Virus record (IMG/VR): IMGVR_UViG_3300030102_002633
Strand: one strand, 5' to 3'
Source of the DNA: an uncultured virus (IMG/VR IMGVR_UViG_3300030102_002633)
Lineage: Duplodnaviria; Heunggongvirae; Uroviricota; Caudoviricetes
Length of the DNA stretch: 34,686 nucleotides
This document shows, piece after piece, positions 27,901 through 34,686 of this stretch; position 1 is the first letter of the stretch, and each line of letters opens with the position of its first letter. The position numbers were made by a program, and so were the translations under genes. The notes under the pieces are model-generated. The model was not told the DNA's origin, made no database searches, and worked only from the letters and a program-made list of their open reading frames with translations.

Positions 27901-30900
27901 ACTGTAAATCAAACTCAAGTTAATGTTCAGAATGCCTTTGTCTTTGAAGGTGCTAGTGCTAATGACTATGAGACTACTCTAACAATTACAGACCCTACTG
28001 CTGATAGAACAATTACTCTACCAAACATAACTGGAACAGTAATTACTTCGGGAGATACATCAACTGTTACTAATAGCATGATAGCAAGCACTGCTATCAC
28101 TAGTGCTAAACTTGCAAGTAACTCTGTATTGACAAGTAAGATAGCATCTAATGCAGTAAGCACTGCAAAGATTGCCAATGGTGCAGTAACATCTGACAAG
28201 TTAGCAGGGTCTTCTGTAACTACTGCTAAACTTGATGATGGCTCAGTTACCGTAGATAAGGTAGATGGGGTAACTTCCTTTGGTAGTGGAAGCATTATCA
28301 GTTCTGCTGAGAGAACAAAATTAACTGGAATAGAAACTTCTGCTGATGTTACTGATGCAACTAATGTTGCTGCCGCCGGAGCAGTAATGGATTCCGATTT
28401 CAGTTCTAATGGATTAATGAAAAGAACAGGAGCAGGTAGTTATACTGTTGATACTAGCACATATCTAACTTCTTTAGCAGTTACAGGACTCTCAGACATT
28501 AATGCCTTTGATACTGATTTGAGCAGTGTTAGTGCATCTCATGATAGTTTGGCTTCTGCTAAAGCAATCAAAGCATATGTAGATTCTAATGCAGGTGGTG
28601 GAGGTTCTTTCAACTCCTTCTATCTACTTGATGGAACAGGGACAAGTGTAAACGTCACTGATGGAAAGTATGTTCAATTTACACAAGGAACAGGAATAAC
28701 TGCTTCATGGACTGATACTAACAGTGGTGCATCAGGCGACCCATTCGATATTACACTAACAAATACAGGCGTAACATCTAATGTTGCGGGAACAGGAATA
28801 GGTGTAAGCAGTGCTACTGGTGCAGTGACAATAACGAATACAGATTTAGGTTCTTCACAGAACATATTCAAGACAGTAGCAGTTAGTGGTCAGTCTAACA
28901 TTGTTGCAGATTCCAACAGTGATACTCTAAATTTCGTTGGCGGTACAAACGTAACAATAGCAACTGATGCTTCTACTGATACAATCACAATCAACGCTGC
29001 TGATACGAATACTCAGATTAGCCAAGAACAAGTTGAGGATTATGTTGCGGGTCTGCTTACAGCAGGTAGTAACATAACTCTGAACTATTCTGATAACAAT
29101 GCTTCGGCAGGTACTCTTACAATAGCCGGAACTGCTAACGATGATGTATCCGTTGCAAATCTAAAATCTGCTCTTAACTCAGATTTCGGTGGAGATTTCA
29201 CCATTGGTAATCAGTCAGATGATACTCTAACAGTTAGTGGTTCTCTTACTGTTGGGGCTGATTTAATCGTCAGTGGAGATACTGTAACTGTAAACACTTC
29301 AACCCTAACAGTAGAAGACCCGTTGATTTCTCTTGGAAAGAACAACTCTGCTGATTCTGTTGACTTAGGATTCTATGGAAGATACAATGATGGAAGCAAT
29401 ATTAGATACAGTGGTTTGTTCAGAGATGCTTCTGATAACGACAAGTGGAAGTTATTCTCATCAACAGGCAACTCAAATGCAGAACCAACAAGCACAGTAA
29501 ATACAACAAGCGGTTTCTCATTAGGAACATTGGTCGCTTCTACCTTTGAAGGTGGTTTAGTTGGTAATGCAACTACTGCAACAACATTGGCTACTGCACG
29601 AACAATAGCAGGTGTGTCTTTTGATGGTTCAGCAGACATAGCATTGCCTTTGAACAACTTAACAGGAACACTTGCAGTTTCAAGAGGAGGAACAGGATTA
29701 ACTTCTATTGCTTCACTATTGAACAGTAACGTGTCATTAGCAGTTGCAGACTTGTCTGACATTGCTTCTCTTGATACTGATATAAGTTCAGTTAGCGGTA
29801 GTGATGATACTCTTGCTTCTGCTAAGGCTATCAAGACCTATGTAGATGCTCAATTTGCAGGTGCGGGTTCGGGAGATATGACTGGTGTTGATATTACCGC
29901 AGGTAATGGTATCAGCGTAACTCAGAATAACACAACAAGTGGAAATTACACTGCAACTATTTCGGCATCAGGAATAACCACTGCACAGTTAGCAGATTCG
30001 GCTCTACAAACAAGTTTAGAATCTTTCAATGACAATGATACAAGTTTGATGACTTCCGCCGCCATTGAAGATAAGATTCTATCATATGGATATGGAACAG
30101 GTAGTGGTAATGGAGACATAACCAGTGTAGTTGCCGGAACAGGTTTGAGTGGAGGAGCAGATTCGGGAGATGCAACACTAAACTTAGACTTCTCTGAACT
30201 AACTGACATGACTGGTGATATTGCCGGAACTACTGAGTTTATTCTACAAGATGGAACTACTGAATCAAGAAAGGCTGCGTCTGAAATAAAACTGTCTTAC
30301 TTCAATAACGATGCTAATTGGAATAACTACGTTCACCCAACAGGAGCAGGTAATAACCACATCCCAAGCGGAGGAAGTGCAGGTCAATTCTTGAAATACA
30401 GTTCAAGTGGAACTGCTACTTGGGCTACTCCAAGTTATACAACAGAAGAACAAGTAGAGGACTTTATCGCCGCAATGATTACTGCGGGTAATAATATTGC
30501 ATTAAACTACGATGATACGGCAGGGACATTAACCATAACTGGAACAGATACAAACACTTTCAGAACAATTACCGCAGGGGGCAACACTCTTGGTTCAAGT
30601 GAAACATTAGCGTTTACCGCAGGGTCAAACATCACTATATCCGAAATTGATGGAGCAGTAACAATTGCAACTACTGCTAATAACTATTCAATCTCATCTG
30701 ATTTGTTAGATGAAGATAACATGGCTTCTAACTCAGCAACTAAGGTTGCAAGTCAACAATCTATCAAGGCTTATGTTGATTCACAAGTATCGGGATTAGT
30801 TGATTCTGCTCCTACTGCATTAGATACATTAAATGAATTAGCGGCGGCATTAGGAGATGATGCAAGTTTCTCGACTACAATGACTACCGCTCTTGGTAAC

Positions 30901-33900
30901 AGGCTAAGAGTTGATACAAACAGTCAGGGATTAACTGCTACCCAACAAGGATACGCATTAGACAACTTAGGAATAACTGCATCATTAGCAGAGATAAACA
31001 TACTAGCCAGTGGTCTATCTGCTTCTGATATACCAAACCTCGATGCTAGTAAAATAGACGATGGAGTATTCGATGCTGATAGAATACCAACACTAAACCA
31101 AAATACAACAGGAAGTGCAGGTAGTCTGTCTGCAACATTAGCAATAGGAAGTGGAGGAACAGGAGCAACTACTGCATCCGGTGCGAGAACCGCTTTAGGA
31201 CTAGGAACGGCATCAACACTATCCGGTACAGGTGCGGTTACTGATGGTAATGCAGGTTTAGTAACGGGTGATGTGGTTTATAATTACATTGACTCACAAG
31301 GTTTTGGTACTGGTTCAGGAGATATAACCGCAGTAACAATACAGACAGATACAGGTTCGGGTGCTAAAGCATCAGATACAAGTGGTTCTGCTGATTTCAT
31401 ATTACAAGGAAGCACTGGAACAGATGTTACAAACAGTGGAAATACAATTACTGTTGGTCTTGATTTATCAGAGTTACCAGATGGAGGAGATGATGTTGTT
31501 GGTAGTGCAGACGAACTAATTTACTTAGATGACGGAACACAGAAGAGAAAACTCATCAGTGAGATTAAACTAAGTCAATTCAACAATGACGCTAACTTTA
31601 ACAATTACCAACTCTCTAACATTGTAAACAGTGGAGCATATGGAAGTTCATCTAATCCTATTGTGCATTTAGTCACAGTAGCAAGTAAGACATCTGCTCA
31701 TCCTTACAACGGAGATGGTAGCAGTTCTGCATACTTCTTAGATGGAATAGAATCACCAGTTCTCACATTAAATGGCGTAGATTCTGTAACTAGTAACTCA
31801 GAATACTATTACAGATTCCAACAAACAGACAGTTCTAACACTGGACACCCTCTTAGATTCTACTTAGACGCAGATAAAACAACTCCCTATACAACGGGTG
31901 TAACAACTGCGGGAACTGCGGGAAGTGCAGGTGCTTATACTCAAATTGCAGTTACAAAGGATACTCCTAACATACTGTATTACCAATGTTCTGCACATGG
32001 CTACATGGGTAATCATGTAATAGTTGCAGGTTCAAACAAGATAAACAATAACGATGCTCTAATCAGTTTCCCAACTACTACTGGAACATTGGCTCTATCA
32101 GGAGCAAGTGTGAATTACTCACAACTAACAGGTACACCTCCTACTTGGAATCAGAATACAAGTGGAAGTGCGGGAAGCCTATCTTCTACTTTAGCAGTAT
32201 CAAGTGGTGGTACAGGACAAACAAGTTACACCGATGGACAACTGCTCATAGGAAACACAACTGGTAATACATTATCAAAAGCAACACTGTCTGCCGGAAA
32301 CAACATAACAATCACTAATGGTGCGGGTTCAATATCTATTGCGGGAACTAATGACGATGTTTCAGTTGCTAACTTGAAAACAAGATTAGCAGGTGGATTT
32401 GCTGATAATGCAGTTTCTATTGGAGATGCAAATGATGTTGTCACAATTCCGGGTTCTTTGGTTGTCACTGGAACTACTACAACGGCTAATGTAGAAACTA
32501 CTACTGTAAGCAACGGTGTTATCTTTGAAAGTAATGCAACAGGTTCACACACAGATAAAGAAACAAAATTGGTTGGAGCAACTGGATTAACTTCTGATGT
32601 TACTATCACTCTACCTAATGCAGATGGAACATTAGCAAGAACCGCAGATGTAGCATATTCATCTGCAATTAGCGCAGGTAATGATGGTTTAGTTCCATCA
32701 GCCGGAACTGCTGGTCATTACTTAGCACATGATGGGGCATTCGCTCAAATCGCTTATTCACAAATAAGCGGAACACCGACTATTATTGATTGGACAAGTC
32801 AAAATGCAGGGACAATTGATGCTACTAACATACCAACGTTAAACCAAAACACTAGCGGTAATGCCGCTACTGCTACTGCCCTTGCCGGAAATGCAAATGC
32901 TAATGTTGTATATGCAGGGCCGACATCAGGTAATGCCGCCGCACCTGCATTTAGGGCATTAGTAGCGGCAGATATACCTGACATATCGGCAACATATCTA
33001 ACTTCTGAAACTAATGATTTATCTGCTAATGTAACATGGGCTAATGTTCCTGATGCTAATATAACTAAAACCTCAGTAGCACAACATTTCGGTATTAGTG
33101 GAAATAACCAAACCAAATATCTGAAAATGACTACTGATGGTTCAAGTGTTGTTGATTTTACTGCGAGAAGTGCTAGTGACATGAGAGGTGATTTGGGTGT
33201 AGATGCGGCAGGTACGGATAACTCAACTGATGTCACTCTCGTTACTACCAGTCATGATTATCTCTCATTATCTAATCAAGCAATTACTCTCGGTCAAATA
33301 GATATTAATGATGATACTAACTTAACGGCGGGAACAAATATCGCTCTATCATCAGGAGGTCAGTTAAATGTAGATACGGCATTAACCGGATTAACAGATT
33401 TAGATTTAACTGCGGCTAATCATACTATTTTTGATACTGTTGGTGGTAATACTCTAACTATGGGTGCATCAAACACTACAATCAAAGTAGCGGGTAATTT
33501 AGAAGTTACAGGAGATACTACCTATCATAATGAAACCATTAGAATTACAGAAAATAACAAAATAGCATTCTTCGCTACTAATGAGGCGGCAAGCGGTGAT
33601 GACGGTCAAGTAACACTACAAGCACAAGACCCCGGAAATTCTGCTGTAACTATACAATTGCCTAGTGCAAGTGGAACATTAGCACTATCAGGAGCATCAG
33701 TAAACTACAATCAATTAACAGGGACAGTACCAACATGGAATCAAAACACTACTGGAACGGCAGCAGGTCTTTCTTCGACATTAGCAATTAGTAGTGGTGG
33801 AACTGGTCTTACTTCTGCTCCTATGATTGGGTTAATCGCTGCCGCAGATGCAAGTCAGGCAATAGGTGTATTAGGATTAGGAACACTGGCTACTCTTAAT

Positions 33901-34686
33901 TCAGTTGCCGCAGGGCAGATTGACGCAAATTCAGTTGATAGTTCTGAATTGAAAGGCGGTGCAGTTCAAGAAACACATCTTGATGTTACTAACGCCGCAG
34001 GTAGTGGAACTGATAATTACTTATTGTCATATAATCATGCAGGTGGAAATTTCACTTGGGTTGCTCCGGTATCGGCGGGAATATCATTAGATGCCTTAAG
34101 TGTTGGGCCGGAAGATACTCCTTCGGGTAATGGAGGAATAGACTACGATGAATCAACTGGTGCATTTACCTATACTCCTCCAGTTAACATAACAGGAAAT
34201 GCTGCTACTATAACAGTCACCGCTAATAATACAGCAAATCAGACATCCTATCTATTGTTTGCTAATGGCCCATATGGTTCAAAAGGAGCAGAAACAGATT
34301 CACAATTGTATTACAATCCTAGCAATAATAGTTTGAGTGCCTATCAATTAGAGTCTACAAATGTAATCTCGACTACTGCGAGTGCTTCTACTCAGTTAAC
34401 TACACCACTTGTTACTAACAGTAATGCAGTATCTATCACAACTACTGCAAACAATGGTAATATTGCATTAAGCCCACATGGAACAGGGCAGATTAGAGAA
34501 AAGGGTCTAAAGTCGAAAACAGGAACATATGTCGAAACAAGACATCCCGATACTGGAACCAATGCTGACCCCCCCACATATGGTCAATTACATGGTATAA
34601 CTAAAGTTCAAGGAAGTCAAAGTCAATTCGGTGTAATTGCTAGTGGTTCTGCTTTTTCGGTTACAGGAGTATTGCCAAGTGGTTCT
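24919..34686 (+). CDS. Giant modular tail fibre/adhesin, >3256 aa, 3'-truncated by the window (absent from the ORF track)
   Basis: TAATG coupling and GGAGG RBS; no stop in any segment I translated, and the track would have listed the ORF had it terminated; T/S/G/A/N/D-rich; contains LVDSAPTALDTLNELAAALGDD, ELNILDGVT, KLDGIAANAN and KIAxxAVT fibre repeats. Confidence 0.92.
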   Translation, partial: MSLRTNPNFISTLSASPSLRITDGTDSLHSGLINSLNIATGGNRIINGFDITLSQGTTYTVYTITSATNTYLRDGILSTIAEDTAVTQSITMASSSDPTYLMLVIASGSPDTLALREHTVANKVAPLSADDIPIAIIEVAANSSAKATDRRVQFLGYEQTNQGLSIIDNNAETIRINKDGTITKGSGTLTLPSTTGTIALLSDIEYTSAIPNATASQTGLATSTQITKLDGIAANANNYSLPAATANALGGIKVGDNLSIDGSGVLSATDTDIQLTNEQVQDIVGAMFSGNTETGISATYQDGDGTIDLSVTALNDDVSVSNLESRLPQIDTPVTIGNGVGVTMGGNLTVSGNLVVSGSTTTLDVANLAIEDNTILLNKNQTGNSSTDAGIEVERGNYTNVQIKWNETTNRWTFTNDGNNYFNIPITSELANPYTHPTYSTTNIDTTGAEIVDSITTNSTGHITAMAKRTLTLADLGYTGSADANTYVHPNHSGDVTSSADGATTISANAVTTAKISDSAVTGAKLASNSITDVKVDSNAAIAQSKISGLVASLAGKEPALTISDGLDRTSATLKLDITGLTNENAIDRTADFIAFHDNSVGLRKVNLENVFSKLTASDIPNLSGSYRAVGTQIVNADVSNTAAISADKITAGTTNKLFTSTLEAKLAGIATGAEVNVQADWSESSNSSDAYIQNKPTIPSGNQIIDWTANGAGTIHASNYTNTTYSVGDGGLSQKNFTTALHDKLVGIAANANNFSLTNGSVTNAHLAGSIANSKLDDIAQSKVTGLVTALNSKVENLGDLSITASASELNILDGVTNVSATEIGYLDGVTSSIQTQLNAKLSSLAVTGLSDISTFNTSIDSGASNSGLASTLAIKNYVDGKATVDTTYSLTTADGTDTNGDDDPTFKTINLADNTSGSGSVVHLAVGAGLGISRNAANNTLTLTNTGSSLTKATLTPVLASYNGTDTLNIGDTDNDTTVNIRGNLNVLGTTTTVNQTQVNVQNAFVFEGASANDYETTLTITDPTADRTITLPNITGTVITSGDTSTVTNSMIASTAITSAKLASNSVLTSKIASNAVSTAKIANGAVTSDKLAGSSVTTAKLDDGSVTVDKVDGVTSFGSGSIISSAERTKLTGIETSADVTDATNVAAAGAVMDSDFSSNGLMKRTGAGSYTVDTSTYLTSLAVTGLSDINAFDTDLSSVSASHDSLASAKAIKAYVDSNAGGGGSFNSFYLLDGTGTSVNVTDGKYVQFTQGTGITASWTDTNSGASGDPFDITLTNTGVTSNVAGTGIGVSSATGAVTITNTDLGSSQNIFKTVAVSGQSNIVADSNSDTLNFVGGTNVTIATDASTDTITINAADTNTQISQEQVEDYVAGLLTAGSNITLNYSDNNASAGTLTIAGTANDDVSVANLKSALNSDFGGDFTIGNQSDDTLTVSGSLTVGADLIVSGDTVTVNTSTLTVEDPLISLGKNNSADSVDLGFYGRYNDGSNIRYSGLFRDASDNDKWKLFSSTGNSNAEPTSTVNTTSGFSLGTLVASTFEGGLVGNATTATTLATARTIAGVSFDGSADIALPLNNLTGTLAVSRGGTGLTSIASLLNSNVSLAVADLSDIASLDTDISSVSGSDDTLASAKAIKTYVDAQFAGAGSGDMTGVDITAGNGISVTQNNTTSGNYTATISASGITTAQLADSALQTSLESFNDNDTSLMTSAAIEDKILSYGYGTGSGNGDITSVVAGTGLSGGADSGDATLNLDFSELTDMTGDIAGTTEFILQDGTTESRKAASEIKLSYFNNDANWNNYVHPTGAGNNHIPSGGSAGQFLKYSSSGTATWATPSYTTEEQVEDFIAAMITAGNNIALNYDDTAGTLTITGTDTNTFRTITAGGNTLGSSETLAFTAGSNITISEIDGAVTIATTANNYSISSDLLDEDNMASNSATKVASQQSIKAYVDSQVSGLVDSAPTALDTLNELAAALGDDASFSTTMTTALGNRLRVDTNSQGLTATQQGYALDNLGITASLAEINILASGLSASDIPNLDASKIDDGVFDADRIPTLNQNTTGSAGSLSATLAIGSGGTGATTASGARTALGLGTASTLSGTGAVTDGNAGLVTGDVVYNYIDSQGFGTGSGDITAVTIQTDTGSGAKASDTSGSADFILQGSTGTDVTNSGNTITVGLDLSELPDGGDDVVGSADELIYLDDGTQKRKLISEIKLSQFNNDANFNNYQLSNIVNSGAYGSSSNPIVHLVTVASKTSAHPYNGDGSSSAYFLDGIESPVLTLNGVDSVTSNSEYYYRFQQTDSSNTGHPLRFYLDADKTTPYTTGVTTAGTAGSAGAYTQIAVTKDTPNILYYQCSAHGYMGNHVIVAGSNKINNNDALISFPTTTGTLALSGASVNYSQLTGTPPTWNQNTSGSAGSLSSTLAVSSGGTGQTSYTDGQLLIGNTTGNTLSKATLSAGNNITITNGAGSISIAGTNDDVSVANLKTRLAGGFADNAVSIGDANDVVTIPGSLVVTGTTTTANVETTTVSNGVIFESNATGSHTDKETKLVGATGLTSDVTITLPNADGTLARTADVAYSSAISAGNDGLVPSAGTAGHYLAHDGAFAQIAYSQISGTPTIIDWTSQNAGTIDATNIPTLNQNTSGNAATATALAGNANANVVYAGPTSGNAAAPAFRALVAADIPDISATYLTSETNDLSANVTWANVPDANITKTSVAQHFGISGNNQTKYLKMTTDGSSVVDFTARSASDMRGDLGVDAAGTDNSTDVTLVTTSHDYLSLSNQAITLGQIDINDDTNLTAGTNIALSSGGQLNVDTALTGLTDLDLTAANHTIFDTVGGNTLTMGASNTTIKVAGNLEVTGDTTYHNETIRITENNKIAFFATNEAASGDDGQVTLQAQDPGNSAVTIQLPSASGTLALSGASVNYNQLTGTVPTWNQNTTGTAAGLSSTLAISSGGTGLTSAPMIGLIAAADASQAIGVLGLGTLATLNSVAAGQIDANSVDSSELKGGAVQETHLDVTNAAGSGTDNYLLSYNHAGGNFTWVAPVSAGISLDALSVGPEDTPSGNGGIDYDESTGAFTYTPPVNITGNAATITVTANNTANQTSYLLFANGPYGSKGAETDSQLYYNPSNNSLSAYQLESTNVISTTASASTQLTTPLVTNSNAVSITTTANNGNIALSPHGTGQIREKGLKSKTGTYVETRHPDTGTNADPPTYGQLHGITKVQGSQSQFGVIASGSAFSVTGVLPSGS
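28081..28260 (+). repeat. Six tandem decapeptide repeats (I/L)AxxAVTxxK in the fibre
   Basis: IASTAITSAK LASNSVLTSK IASNAVSTAK IANGAVTSDK LAGSSVTTAK LDDGSVTVDK; three more copies at 26434-26523. Confidence 0.9.
31660..32025 (+). other. Cupredoxin-like domain with type-1 copper ligands inside the tail fibre
   Basis: GHPLRF (His 31846) and LYYQCSAHGYMG (Cys 31987, His 31996, Met 32005). Confidence 0.7.

Noticed and set aside
1884..34577. Numerous minus-strand ORFs of 60-153 aa in the track
   Set aside because: All lie antisense to long plus-strand genes, with S/L/V/F-rich shadow composition and no recognisable motifs.
24919..34686. CRISPR array or diversity-generating retroelement among the repeats
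   Set aside because: Repeats are in-frame protein modules diverged at synonymous sites; no identical spaced repeats, adenine-specific variation or reverse transcriptase seen.
1..34686. Stop-codon reassignment
   Set aside because: TAA, TAG and TGA all end genes at sensible boundaries and coding density is already near complete under the standard code.

Overview
A contiguous, all-plus-strand, gene-dense late (virion morphogenesis) operon of a tailed dsDNA virus (Caudoviricetes, siphovirus-type tail). It is most likely an archaeal virus of the magrovirus/HGTV-1-like type; this is inferred from the capsid and protease sequence style, the ligase beside the head genes and GAGGTGA/GGAGGTGA ribosome-binding sites, and was not verified by search. 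Gene order: 3' part of an ATP-dependent DNA ligase with a degenerate LigD-phosphoesterase-like C-terminal domain; prohead protease/scaffold; HK97-type major capsid protein; two small proteins; an unexpected five-gene block (two membrane proteins, a complete Ras-superfamily Arf/Rab-like small GTPase, a zinc-finger protein whose motif recalls ArfGAP, and a Q/N/P-rich protein with amphipathic ends); a large charged unknown protein; head-tail adaptor; tail terminator; tail tube; tail chaperone with a -1 frameshift extension missing from the ORF track; short tape measure; Dit-like, LamG-like and 2430-aa hub proteins; and a >3256-aa tail fibre that the ORF track omits because it runs off the window. 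The fibre carries an intact-looking blue-copper (cupredoxin) site. The best candidate for an undescribed system is the GTPase/GAP-like/membrane module inside the morphogenesis operon. Terminase, portal, tRNAs, CRISPR arrays and mobile elements were not seen. All family assignments come from motif recognition by eye.
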